DNA of 64,000 bases from sequence record OQ446694.1; one strand, written 5' to 3'. The notes under the pieces were generated by a model, which made no database searches, was not told the origin of the DNA, and was given only the letters and a program-made list of their open reading frames with translations. Origin of the DNA: Escherichia phage Killian. Shown piece after piece: positions 28,981 through 38,509 of the stretch (position 1 is its first letter; the number at the start of each line of letters is the position of its first letter). Made by a program: the position numbers and the translations under genes.

Positions 28981-29499
28981 TTAATAACCTCGGTCTTGAC
29001 GAGCGAAGTTTTCAGCATTCTTCAGATAATAAAGTTTAAAGATTTCTTCAGCAGTAAGGCCGAGACCTTGGAACATGTTCAGAACGAAATGAAGAATATC
29101 AATCATTTCGAATTTAATTTCCAACTGGTCTTGTGGAGACAAATCAGTAATCAGAGTTTCACGACGTTCACCATGCTGCGACTTCCAAGGCTTCCATACA
29201 GCAGATGCATCTTTTTCACCATTGCTCATACCACCAAGAGAAGTCAGAAGTTCACGGAATTCATCATCAATGTAATCTTTCTGATTACGCAGCCAATCGA
29301 CAACTTCGCCTGCAGTAGCCAAATCATCAGGATGACGGTTATATTCAGGTTTATCTTTAGCTAAACGAACTTGCAGAGATTTCTGCATATCAAGCATAAC
29401 CTGTAGCGGGTCTTTTTCATCACCGAGAATATCCCAGTATTCATTTTGAGCTTTATCAGCGCCTTCGATCAGTTGACTACATTCGTTGAAATGTGGCAT
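28981..29499 (-). CDS. 56: dCTP pyrophosphatase gp56 (172 aa)
   Basis: MazG-like EExxE motifs (DDEFRELL, HFVLNMF); size and synteny. Confidence 0.85.
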   Translation of the reverse strand: MPHFNECSQLIEGADKAQNEYWDILGDEKDPLQVMLDMQKSLQVRLAKDKPEYNRHPDDLATAGEVVDWLRNQKDYIDDEFRELLTSLGGMSNGEKDASAVWKPWKSQHGERRETLITDLSPQDQLEIKFEMIDILHFVLNMFQGLGLTAEEIFKLYYLKNAENFARQDRGY

Positions 29500-29500
29500 G

Positions 29501-30151
29501 TTATTTTTCCTTTCTTATGAAGTTTTCTATCATATGTCTATAGCAGATATTAGGATAACCTGCCTTGACAGCTATTTTATTAAATTTTGTGCGCTTAGGC
29601 CTATTATTATAAACCCATAATTCATAAAGCGCATCATAACTATTCCATATTTCTCCTCGCCTAGGATTTGGTAAACCATATCGAGGTGAATTTTTACCGC
29701 TAAATCTTCCTTTTCGGGCTTTACTCATATTAGCCTTGGCTTCATCGGATATAATTTTACCTTTATGAGCTAGACGCATTTTGGCTTTAGTTTCTTCTGG
29801 GGTCTTTTTGCCTTTAATCCATGACGGCTTGCCATATCTAGGATTATTTTCACCCGAGAAAAGAGCAGAGTTTTGAATTTTAAGGGTTTCTATTAATCTA
29901 CTTGTTAATTTAACACCTTTATTATATCGCATTAAATTTACAGCATAATGCAATCCTCTCACATCTGGATATATTTTAGTTAATAATCTATGAGCTATAA
30001 AATGCTCACGCGCAGTTAACTCAACAAAATTGTTTTTGTCATCTGCTCCTCCCATACATCTAGGAATTATATGATGGCGTTCTTTATATCCACCAAGATG
30101 CCGGCATTTAGCTTTTGTAATTAAAGCCGAGTAAATTTTTTGGTAATTCAC
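29501..30151 (-). mobile_element. Free-standing HNH homing endonuclease gene (216 aa, GTG start)
   Basis: HNH core ERHHIIPRCMGGADDKNNFVELTAREHFIAH plus repeated NPRYGK-type motifs; GTG start with SD AAGGA; stop abuts gene 56 start. Confidence 0.75.
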
Positions 30152-30221
30152 ACATATCCTTTCAATTCATGGATTAGTAGATTAATTATACAATAAATAT
30201 ATAAAGCAATAAGGAGGACAT

Positions 30222-30422
30222 ATGGTACAAAAATTAATGGCACTTGTCGATGCCATAAAAGGTAATAAGAAACGTATAGCTTTTACTATTTCTGCTATGG
30301 TAGGAATTTTACTCTGGAATTTTGTTTTATCGCCAATTGCTATTGCTCATGGCGTTAATATTCCAGTAATTACTCTTGATACATTCGTAGATTTAGCATT
30401 TGCTTTGGTTGGGTTAATTTAA
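30222..30422 (+). CDS. Small two-helix membrane protein on the opposite strand (66 aa)
   Basis: ATG preceded by strong SD AGGAGG; hydrophobic segments ISAMVGILLWNFVLSPIAIA and VDLAFALVGLI; stop overlaps gene 61 stop on the other strand. Confidence 0.5.
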   Translation: MVQKLMALVDAIKGNKKRIAFTISAMVGILLWNFVLSPIAIAHGVNIPVITLDTFVDLAFALVGLI

Positions 30423-31447
30423 ATCTTAGCATATTTAGATAGTCGCATTTTAGCCATCAACCCTTGGGCAATATTATTTTTCATATATTCCATAATTTGT
30501 TCAGGGGTTGCACCTTCCTTTCTAATCATATCATTGACATCTTTTGATTTCCAGGGAGATTTGTCCCAAAACATAACCCTTTCTCCTGCATCAACTAATT
30601 TAGTCATTCGTTTAATAGTGTCAGGGTGACGAGGTTCATTATCTAAAACCCACACGCGTCTATCTTTAAATGGAACAATTTCTAGGTCTAATTGACCACC
30701 TGTAATAGCTATACCATTTTCAATAAAAAGTGAATCTATAGGTCCTTCTAGAACATATACATCGCCATCTTTAACCCGTTCGACTCCATAGATTTTTGTT
30801 GCCTCAGGATAAGCTTTGATGGTGATATATTTTTGAGGAGCATCTTTCTTTAATGCACGTCCTTGAAAAGACTCAGCTTTTCCATTAGCATTATAAATTG
30901 GAATAACAAGACGAGGCTCAGGTATTTCCTTTTTATATGTTCCTGGTGCTATACTATTAACTAATTTAGGCCATTCAGTTGTAAACCAAAGATATTTCCA
31001 TTTATCCTTTGGAATACAACGAGCTTTTACATATTTTATAATTGGATGGTCTTCCGCCAGTTTATCTAATCTAATACATGACGGAAGAGATTTAATTATT
31101 TTCTTCTCAGGTTGTTTAGGAAGTTCTTTAGGTTTTTCTACTGGACGACTTTTACCTTTTTCTTTTCTTATTTCAAAGATATACTCACGATATAAATCAG
31201 GTTCAAACTCCTTTAAATATATTCCGATTGGTGCATGATAGTTACAGTTATAACAATGAATATTTCCTTCATTATTATCGCCATAATACCATCCACGGGC
31301 TTTATTTTGGTCGGTTTTTGAATCTCCACAAACAGGACATCTAAACCGTAATTTAAAAGTTGAACTATTATTTACTTGTGCGAATTTAGGTAAATGAGCC
31401 AATGCACGGTATGCAAACTCATTATCAATCCAAGGTATTGATGACAT
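30419..31447 (-). CDS. 61: DNA primase gp61 (342 aa)
   Basis: Zinc ribbon CPVCGDS...CYNC and TOPRIM region; 342 aa as in T4; synteny with gene 41. Confidence 0.93.
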   Translation of the reverse strand: MSSIPWIDNEFAYRALAHLPKFAQVNNSSTFKLRFRCPVCGDSKTDQNKARGWYYGDNNEGNIHCYNCNYHAPIGIYLKEFEPDLYREYIFEIRKEKGKSRPVEKPKELPKQPEKKIIKSLPSCIRLDKLAEDHPIIKYVKARCIPKDKWKYLWFTTEWPKLVNSIAPGTYKKEIPEPRLVIPIYNANGKAESFQGRALKKDAPQKYITIKAYPEATKIYGVERVKDGDVYVLEGPIDSLFIENGIAITGGQLDLEIVPFKDRRVWVLDNEPRHPDTIKRMTKLVDAGERVMFWDKSPWKSKDVNDMIRKEGATPEQIMEYMKNNIAQGLMAKMRLSKYAKI

Positions 31448-31449
31448 TT

Positions 31450-31614
31450 TTACTCTTCTTTTTCTTTAGATTCCTCTTTTTTCTTTTTAGGAATCTGTTC
31501 AGGACCTTTATTTACTACAGCACCTGACGTTGTTCCAGTGGAGATATTTTCAGGATTACCACCTGAATCTCCAGCTACCATATCTTCTTTAATAAATTCT
31601 TTATATGTTTTCAT
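31450..31614 (-). CDS. Small hypothetical protein (54 aa), 61.1 position
   Basis: Hand translation MKTYKEFIKEDMVAGDSGGNPENI... Confidence 0.4.
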   Translation of the reverse strand: MKTYKEFIKEDMVAGDSGGNPENISTGTTSGAVVNKGPEQIPKKKKEESKEKEE

Positions 31615-31615
31615 A

Positions 31616-32242
31616 TTAACCTCTATTCATAAAAGCATTAAAAATTTGGTCATCAATAGAAACATCTACTTTAGACTGTTTTTCTGATGGTAATTCATAT
31701 CCACATATTACAATTTTGTGATCAATATCAAAATACACAGAAGCAATATGATTAATGATGTTTTCAGTAAAGTCTAAATCAACATCAATATCTTTTTGAC
31801 CACAGCCCAAAGGATAAATAATGCGAGTAATTCGATCATCTTTAACAAAGATTCCACCGACATACTCTGTGCTGTGTTTAAAATCTACACGCCGACGAAA
31901 TGAAAAATATTCAGGCTCTTTATGAGCTCTGCTTATAGGACATAACGAGTAACTAGAATAAGAGATGTCAAATCCTACGCCTTCAATATGAGCCAAATTA
32001 TCATGATTAAACCAATTATAATCGTACGCCAAATCCATTAGATTATAATATGTAAAAGGCACCGGATTAACATCATTAGTCACAAGCATATAATTAGTAA
32101 CTGCTATAATTTCATTGTTTTTAACGAATACAAACCGTGATTGATGTGAATGACCCGGACCCGCGTTTTCACGATTAATGATATAACACTGGGCACCTTT
32201 ATATTTGTATGTATCTTTACACTTGTGCATTTGATAGAGCAT
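31616..32242 (-). CDS. Hypothetical protein (208 aa), 61.2 position; possible anti-DarT factor AdfA homolog
   Basis: Position between 61.1 and sp; assignment to AdfA is by synteny and recalled literature only. Confidence 0.5.
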   Translation of the reverse strand: MLYQMHKCKDTYKYKGAQCYIINRENAGPGHSHQSRFVFVKNNEIIAVTNYMLVTNDVNPVPFTYYNLMDLAYDYNWFNHDNLAHIEGVGFDISYSSYSLCPISRAHKEPEYFSFRRRVDFKHSTEYVGGIFVKDDRITRIIYPLGCGQKDIDVDLDFTENIINHIASVYFDIDHKIVICGYELPSEKQSKVDVSIDDQIFNAFMNRG

Positions 32243-32535
32243 TATTCACCTACCACTTCAGCGATGATATTTTTATTATTAAAGTTTTTATCGCAATACA
32301 GAACATAATTATACTGCATTACACCACCAGACTTAAGTTGTTTTTGCACCTCAGCTTTCATTTCAGGACGATCACGCTCAACGATATTCATAATATCTGC
32401 TTCAATTTGAGTTTCAACCTCAGTCTGGTCTGCAGTCATAGACCACTCACACAAATCTTTATCATAACCTGCCATAGCAGGCTGAGCAGCACAAGAAGAT
32501 AAAGCAAAAATTGCAGCAAAGATAAATTTTTTCAT
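32242..32535 (-). CDS. sp: Spackle periplasmic protein Sp (97 aa)
   Basis: MKKFIFAAIFALSSCAAQPAMAGYDKDLCEW... with signal peptide; matches T4 Sp as recalled. Confidence 0.9.
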   Translation of the reverse strand: MKKFIFAAIFALSSCAAQPAMAGYDKDLCEWSMTADQTEVETQIEADIMNIVERDRPEMKAEVQKQLKSGGVMQYNYVLYCDKNFNNKNIIAEVVGE

Positions 32536-32593
32536 GATAATCTCCTCAGTAGTTTATGTTTATAGTATCTCAATTTCCAATAAAAGTAAACAA

Positions 32594-32851
32594 TTATTTT
32601 AAAACTTCTGCATAATCACATGCTACAAACTGTTTCTCTAACTTGACGATTTTACGAAAGTATCTTTTGCATTGACGAATCTGTCGCTTCGTAGGGCGCA
32701 CAGCAAACTTAATAAATTCCACTCGACCAAATGGAGGACTTTCTTCTGCTGGAATATCTAATACTAATTCCCACGTATCTGCAATAAGTGCTTTGAATTG
32801 AGTATTTTTCCTAACATTATACGGAGTAGGTTTAAATAAAACGATATGCAT
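32594..32851 (-). CDS. Hypothetical basic protein (85 aa), 61.4 position; possible ToxN inhibitor TifA homolog
   Basis: ORF track trimmed to the ATG at 32851 with SD GAGGA just after the dmd stop; TifA assignment is by synteny only. Confidence 0.45.
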   Translation of the reverse strand: MHIVLFKPTPYNVRKNTQFKALIADTWELVLDIPAEESPPFGRVEFIKFAVRPTKRQIRQCKRYFRKIVKLEKQFVACDYAEVLK

Positions 32852-32852
32852 A

Positions 32853-33035
32853 TTATCCTCGGCAATCCACTTCGCATACTTTCTTGTCATCAATGAAAGC
32901 TTTAACTAGTGCTTTATTAACTTCAGCATATTGATTAGTAGCCCAGTGAACGTCATCTTTCATCATTGTGATTTCTTTAGTAAACATGCTTTCATTCTTA
33001 AACCACCCCATAAAAACTACCTTTACCAATTCCAT
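32853..33035 (-). CDS. dmd: Dmd antitoxin (60 aa)
   Basis: MELVKVVFMGWFKNESMFTKEITMMKDDV... matches T4 Dmd as recalled. Confidence 0.92.
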   Translation of the reverse strand: MELVKVVFMGWFKNESMFTKEITMMKDDVHWATNQYAEVNKALVKAFIDDKKVCEVDCRG

Positions 33036-33064
33036 AACAATCTCCTCATTTAACCAACAAGACT

Positions 33065-33093
33065 ACTATACCATAGTCTTGTCAGCTTGTAAA
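33065..33093 (-). promoter_or_regulatory. Early sigma70-type promoter upstream of dmd
   Basis: Minus strand TTTACA-17 nt-TATAGT, directly after the gene 41 stop. Confidence 0.5.
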
Positions 33094-34521
33094 CTAAAAT
33101 TTTAATTCATTTGCCAAAGCATCTAACTGAGCTCGAGCGGATTCGTTTCTTTGATAGCGATTCTGTTCAGCCTGAATCTGCTGTGAACCTGCTACTTCGT
33201 TCACTTCAGTTGGAGTAGAATCTTGTTCAATTTCTACCCATTTCTGATTTCCTTTTTGAACACCCATCAAAAACTTATTCCATTTATTCTTATCACCGTA
33301 TCGTGATTTGATTTGCTTAATGAGTTGTTGTTCAGCAGCTGCTAGCTCCTCGGTTTCAATGACCGCAAGCATAAAATCGGCTGTTGCTGGAAGGCCGGCA
33401 GATTCTGCAATATCGCTCATGTTAACATCAGAAGAGTCCCAAGCTTGTTTACCAACCTGTGCTGCGGTCCAAAGAACAGTTTCGGTTTCAACAGCCAGAG
33501 CACGCAATTCCTCTGCGATAGCTTTAACAGTTGTGTAACTATTTTCTGAATAAACTCTGATGCGGCAAGATTTACAAATACCCAGATAGTCAACAATAAT
33601 GATTGTTGGAACAAAATTCTTCTTGAGCTTCAATTCATTCAAGAGAGACCTGAATGTATTAGCGTCTGCTCCACCAGTAGGATACTGTTTAACGATTAAA
33701 CGTCCAAGAGTAGATTTCTCACGCCATTTTTCCATTTTTCCTTTATACTCAGCGTAAGAAATATGCCCATCATCAATGTCATCAAGAGAAACATCAAGCA
33801 TATTAGCATCAATACGCTTAGCACAGACTTCTTCTGCCATTTCCATGGAAATGTAAAGAACATTATGTCCGAGCTGCAAATAATCTGCTGCCAATGAACA
33901 CAGACCTAATGACTTACCGACGTTAACACCAGCCATTAAAACGTTCAGTGTTCCAGTTTCAGCTCCGCCTTTAGTAATTTTATTTAGAATTTTGAGTTTA
34001 AATGGAACCTTACGAGCTTTATTCATATAAGATAGCCAACGTGCTTCGTAGTCATCCATCCAATCATGACCAACGTAACTATCAAATGAAATTGATAATG
34101 CTTGGCGCATGATGTCAGGAATAGCACCAACATCCGGCATTTTCTTATTTCGTTTTTCCGGAGGAAGCTCAGCATTAGTTTGAATTTCAATTATTTTAGA
34201 TGTGGCGTTAAACATCGCCCTTTGCTGAACATATTTTTCTGTTTCTTTTACTAACCAACTATGGTCTTCTGGCGAATCGGCCAGTTTTGAAATAAGTGTT
34301 TTTACACCAGAATATTCTGTTTCAGTAAATGAACTATTTTCTAATGCAACATTTAACGCATTAATAGATGGAACGCTATGGTATTCATTAACATGAGATT
34401 TAATTAATTTGAATGTATTTTTAGCTGGACCACTTTCAAAATATTCTGAATCCATATATGGCCAAACTTTTGAAAAATAAGCTTGATCAAATATGAGATG
34501 GGAAAGAATAATTTCTACCAC
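33094..34521 (-). CDS. 41: Replicative helicase gp41 (475 aa, GTG start)
   Basis: MVEIILSHLIFDQAYFSKVW...; DnaB-family Walker A GVNVGKS; GTG start with SD AAGGAG. Confidence 0.93.
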   Translation of the reverse strand: MVEIILSHLIFDQAYFSKVWPYMDSEYFESGPAKNTFKLIKSHVNEYHSVPSINALNVALENSSFTETEYSGVKTLISKLADSPEDHSWLVKETEKYVQQRAMFNATSKIIEIQTNAELPPEKRNKKMPDVGAIPDIMRQALSISFDSYVGHDWMDDYEARWLSYMNKARKVPFKLKILNKITKGGAETGTLNVLMAGVNVGKSLGLCSLAADYLQLGHNVLYISMEMAEEVCAKRIDANMLDVSLDDIDDGHISYAEYKGKMEKWREKSTLGRLIVKQYPTGGADANTFRSLLNELKLKKNFVPTIIIVDYLGICKSCRIRVYSENSYTTVKAIAEELRALAVETETVLWTAAQVGKQAWDSSDVNMSDIAESAGLPATADFMLAVIETEELAAAEQQLIKQIKSRYGDKNKWNKFLMGVQKGNQKWVEIEQDSTPTEVNEVAGSQQIQAEQNRYQRNESARAQLDALANELKF

Positions 34522-34530
34522 ACTTACTCC

Positions 34531-34875
34531 TTAAAAGAATTTAAATTTTTTCTTTGACCTTTTATTAAATGCATCTTGTAGTTGCATTGTAATACATTTT
34601 TCTACATGAGGAGCTAACTCAGCTTTTCTTTCTTGGTCAAGAACAGCAAAGTCCATTACGACTTTTCCATCAACCCAATCTAATTTTGTCACATACACAA
34701 TGTGTGTAGAACCATCTTCTAGTTTAATGACAATCTCCTGGATAACATTTTCCATGGCAGATTTAATTATCTTAAGAGATTCATTAAAAAGACGTTCTTT
34801 TCTTTCTTCTTCCCCCTCCGAAGAGGGGGATTCATCGATAATTTCTAGATCTAAATCTAAATCATCTTTATTCAT
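34531..34875 (-). CDS. 40: gp40 head-assembly protein (114 aa from ATG; 120 aa from GTG)
   Basis: Position between uvsX and 41; acidic N-terminus; start ambiguous. Confidence 0.6.
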   Translation of the reverse strand: MNKDDLDLDLEIIDESPSSEGEEERKERLFNESLKIIKSAMENVIQEIVIKLEDGSTHIVYVTKLDWVDGKVVMDFAVLDQERKAELAPHVEKCITMQLQDAFNKRSKKKFKFF

Positions 34876-36049
34876 TAAATTCTTCCATATCACTTAACTG
34901 ATCTAGGTCAGTTTCTAAATCAGCTGCTGATTTACTTTTACTTTCTGGAGATTTAAATTTTTCAACCTTTGAGTTAATCAATTCATCAACTTCAGCTTCA
35001 ACAATTTCATTACTATCAATAGCACCTAACTGATAAGCACGTTTAATAGCATCTCGGAATGGTTGATGCTTAAATAAAGGACCCCAGAATGTAGTGCAAT
35101 TGGTATCTTTTGCACGCCAAGATTTTTCTTCGCGAATCATCTCGCCAGTTTCTTCGTCAAGAAATTCACGAGCATACCAGCCATTTTTAGGTTTTACCAC
35201 AAATCCTAATTCAAGAGCCATATCTAACAATCCAGAATAAGGATCGATGCCACCGTCAAATTTAACATCAATAAAGAATTTACTTTTTTCTTTAACGGTA
35301 CGAGATTTTTCTACATTTAGAACAAATTGATACCCCTGAAGATCAGAACCATCTTTAATCTGGCGCTTACCGATAATGAATACAGTATCAGCCGAATACA
35401 TTACGCCTGTACCACCTGTCATCACGGTTTTACTAAACATTTCAATTGTTTCAATTGTATGGTTAACCGCAACACACGGAATGTTTTTAATACTAAAATA
35501 AGGAGTAACAATACGGAATAATGACTTCAGTGATTTAGCACGAGTCATATCTGCCACAGATTTTTCATTCAAGGCATCTTCCGTTTCTTTCTTAGAAGCC
35601 ATATTACCAATTGAGTCGATGAATACAATAACTTTTTCACCACGCTCAATAGCTTCAAGCTGATTCACCATATCAATTTTCAGCTGTTCAACTGACTGAA
35701 TTGGTGTATGAATTACTCGTTCCGGGTCAACTCCCATGGATCGCAAATAAGCTGGAGTAATACCAAATTCGCTATCATAGAATAGACATACCGCGTCAGG
35801 ATATTTGTTCAAATACGCCGCAACCATAGTCAAAGACATATTTGATTTAAAGTGTTTAGAAGGACCTGCAAAAATGGTTAAACCAGACTGCATACCACCA
35901 TCAATCGCACCAGAAATAGCGATATTAAGCATTGGGATTTTTGTACGGATTACATCCTTTTCATTAAAGAATTTAGATGTAGTCAGTTCAGCAGTCATTT
36001 TAGAAGTGGAAGCTTTAATCAAACGGGATTTTAAATCTGCAATAGACAT
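34868..36049 (-). CDS. uvsX: Recombinase UvsX (393 aa)
   Basis: RecA-like; Walker A GPSKHFKS; C-terminal acidic tail; matches T4 UvsX closely. Confidence 0.95.
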   Translation of the reverse strand: MSIADLKSRLIKASTSKMTAELTTSKFFNEKDVIRTKIPMLNIAISGAIDGGMQSGLTIFAGPSKHFKSNMSLTMVAAYLNKYPDAVCLFYDSEFGITPAYLRSMGVDPERVIHTPIQSVEQLKIDMVNQLEAIERGEKVIVFIDSIGNMASKKETEDALNEKSVADMTRAKSLKSLFRIVTPYFSIKNIPCVAVNHTIETIEMFSKTVMTGGTGVMYSADTVFIIGKRQIKDGSDLQGYQFVLNVEKSRTVKEKSKFFIDVKFDGGIDPYSGLLDMALELGFVVKPKNGWYAREFLDEETGEMIREEKSWRAKDTNCTTFWGPLFKHQPFRDAIKRAYQLGAIDSNEIVEAEVDELINSKVEKFKSPESKSKSAADLETDLDQLSDMEEFNE

Positions 36050-36126
36050 TCATTTTTTCCATAGGCATCATTATATTTTCCTCACTGGTTAAAGATAAAG
36101 TAATTATAACACAATAAATTTAGGCA

Positions 36127-36969
36127 TTAATCAACTGCTATTGGATGAATAGCATTAAACTTATGAAACGCTTCTGATTTTTCTTTGCGCGAAACACACA
36201 TGCGAAGAACCTTTAATGGCTCGTCTTCTTCACCTAATGATTTTCGTTTTTCAATATTAGAAGTTTTCCAACGAGCTTGCTCTGGAAACTCTCTATTGAT
36301 TTGCTCAAGAGCTCTATTATGTTTTGAATTACTACGAATTGAACTACATCCGCCTGGAGCTTGTGCTTTTCCAGATACAACCAGATATTTGAACAAGGCC
36401 AAATGCGGATAACCTTGATTAATTAAATTGAGAAATGCATACATATCTTCGCATAAATCAATTTTTCCATACCCAATTTGTTCTGTCGTAAGTTTTCCAA
36501 GGTCATACCATGTATTCGTGAATCCATATGAATTTTCACGATAATTACCCCAAGATGAAGTAATTTTAAAAATTGGTAAACGAGCATGACCATGATAATA
36601 CCCGCAATCCATGGCATCTTCAACGTATTGAATCAATTCATAGAACTGTTCACGAGTTAATTGATTAATTTTATCTACGCAGCGACGATCATCTTTCTTT
36701 CGCATTGAACTCATACGAATAGTAGTATCATCATCAATCATCCAGATTCGTTGGCCTGCATACATATCAGTAATTGCTTTACGAGTACCAGCAATTCCAT
36801 TAACATCATCAGGAATAGTTATAATTTTGGCTCTAGACCCGTAAGCGTCATAATAAGCTTTTTCTTCGTGTTCACGTACTACAATATGCGGTTCATAATC
36901 AGATGGAAACATATCAAGGGCAGAAACTGCCCCTACGCGTTGATAGCTTGGAATTACGAATTGAATCAT
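36127..36969 (-). CDS. GT-A fold glycosyltransferase in the beta-gt locus (280 aa), likely T2/T6-type beta-glucosyl-HMC-alpha-glucosyltransferase
   Basis: VIPSYQR and WMIDDD (DxD) motifs; sits between uvsX and 42 where T4 has the 351-aa beta-gt; ATG at 36969 with SD GGTGAG. Confidence 0.6.
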   Translation of the reverse strand: MIQFVIPSYQRVGAVSALDMFPSDYEPHIVVREHEEKAYYDAYGSRAKIITIPDDVNGIAGTRKAITDMYAGQRIWMIDDDTTIRMSSMRKKDDRRCVDKINQLTREQFYELIQYVEDAMDCGYYHGHARLPIFKITSSWGNYRENSYGFTNTWYDLGKLTTEQIGYGKIDLCEDMYAFLNLINQGYPHLALFKYLVVSGKAQAPGGCSSIRSNSKHNRALEQINREFPEQARWKTSNIEKRKSLGEEDEPLKVLRMCVSRKEKSEAFHKFNAIHPIAVD

Positions 36970-37706
36970 TTCCACTCACCGTTATAATCTTTTTTCGCAA
37001 TATGAGTTTCGCCAGTTTTCCACCAATGGTCAACCAAATAAAAATGACGGGAATACACATGAAGGCTTCCGACATTCCATATAATGGAACCTGCTTTATA
37101 CTGACGAGTTGAATCACCTGCATTCAAATCAGATACTAATTTATCTAGTACGTATTTTTGCCATGCATAATCATTACGGAATCCGAAAACCACGTCATTT
37201 GAACGCATGCTTACTACTGCATTGACTTTCTTATCACGAATCAGGTACTGTACTGTATTAGTACACATGAAATCTGACATACCATCTTTATTGTAGTCAA
37301 ACTGCATGGATGGACGAGTATAAATCATGATACCACGCCGAGAATCAGGATTTTGACCAAGCTCAGCTAAACACATATCATACTGGGCATAGTTATCTTC
37401 TGACCAGATGGCCCAACCATAATTCGAGTTAATTTCGCCTTTAGAAGATGCTACCTGTTGCCAAATCTTTGGTGTTTCACCTGGAATATCTTTAACAAAC
37501 AGACTTTGAGACTTATACCATTCAAGTTCACGTTGAATGTATTCATCATTAAGAGCGCCAAAAATAAACGGTTCATCTGCTACAAATGATGCACCAATAA
37601 TTTCAATAGTTTTAACACCAGTTTTATCAACTACGAAATCTTTTTCCTTTAATGCAAGCCCCAAATGAAGACGGATTTCTTCAACTGTCATAGAGTCACT
37701 AATCAT
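36966..37706 (-). CDS. 42: dCMP hydroxymethylase gp42 (246 aa)
   Basis: MISDSMTVEEIRLHLGLALKEKDFVVDK...; thymidylate-synthase-like; matches T4 gp42. Confidence 0.95.
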   Translation of the reverse strand: MISDSMTVEEIRLHLGLALKEKDFVVDKTGVKTIEIIGASFVADEPFIFGALNDEYIQRELEWYKSQSLFVKDIPGETPKIWQQVASSKGEINSNYGWAIWSEDNYAQYDMCLAELGQNPDSRRGIMIYTRPSMQFDYNKDGMSDFMCTNTVQYLIRDKKVNAVVSMRSNDVVFGFRNDYAWQKYVLDKLVSDLNAGDSTRQYKAGSIIWNVGSLHVYSRHFYLVDHWWKTGETHIAKKDYNGEWK

Positions 37707-37713
37707 TTAAACC

Positions 37714-37863
37714 TCAATTGATACATTCATATTTAACTTGTAACAGTAATAAACCCCAACCTATAATAAGTGTCGGAATCATAAGAGGAACTGTTACGCT
37801 ATAGTATATACTTATTATAATCATCAAGATTAAAAGCAATACTGCTAAAATTTTGCTTTTCAT
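37714..37863 (-). CDS. Small membrane peptide (49 aa), imm.1 position
   Basis: Hand translation MKSKILAVLLLILMIIISIYYSVTVPLMIP...; ATGA overlap with imm stop. Confidence 0.4.
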   Translation of the reverse strand: MKSKILAVLLLILMIIISIYYSVTVPLMIPTLIIGWGLLLLQVKYECIN

Positions 37864-38111
37864 TCCTTCTCTCTGATGATAATTACTTGGTTTTGCTGTG
37901 CAGATTTTTTAGTTTCACCCGCAATTGACCAAATAAATGTAATAAACCAACCAATGATTGACCAGTTAAACAGTAAAGATGTGAAAAAGATTCCTACTGT
38001 CGATTTTGACCCACGCATCAAGGCGATGAACCACGGAAGCATGTATATAATAATAGCCAACACGCCTGAAACTAAAACCATAAAAATTGAACCTGCTACT
38101 AAAGTTTCCAT
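37860..38111 (-). CDS. imm: Superinfection immunity protein Imm (83 aa)
   Basis: 83-aa two-helix membrane protein between 42 and 43, as in T4. Confidence 0.8.
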   Translation of the reverse strand: METLVAGSIFMVLVSGVLAIIIYMLPWFIALMRGSKSTVGIFFTSLLFNWSIIGWFITFIWSIAGETKKSAQQNQVIIIREKE

Positions 38112-38118
38112 GTTTTCC

Positions 38119-38499
38119 TCACTTAGTCAAATTTTTTACGCATGAATTATAAGAATTCACTACATACTCCATTGGAGCATTTTTACCAGTACGCCATTGG
38201 TAATTATTAGCCCAATTAGCCCAAAGTTCGGCGCAGTAGTTTTCAATTTTTTCTTCGCGTGTAATTACATCCGAATTACGATATGCTTGGGCAGATTCAT
38301 CTGGACGAATAGCTTCATCAAAATTCGCCTGCATTTGTTCTACTGTCTGTTTTGGAGCTTCTTTATAACACTTGACGTTAGGATTATAAAATTTGCTTGA
38401 ACAGTTTACAATTTTTCCTACATCAGACTGATTTACTACCGGTCCTTGAGCTACACAGCCAGTAAGACCTAATGCAATAACCAAAATAGCAATTTTCAT
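38119..38499 (-). CDS. Lipoprotein (126 aa)
   Basis: Signal peptide with lipobox LTGCVAQ; ORF track, ATG start. Confidence 0.55.
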   Translation of the reverse strand: MKIAILVIALGLTGCVAQGPVVNQSDVGKIVNCSSKFYNPNVKCYKEAPKQTVEQMQANFDEAIRPDESAQAYRNSDVITREEKIENYCAELWANWANNYQWRTGKNAPMEYVVNSYNSCVKNLTK

Positions 38500-38509
38500 A
38501 ATAATTTCC

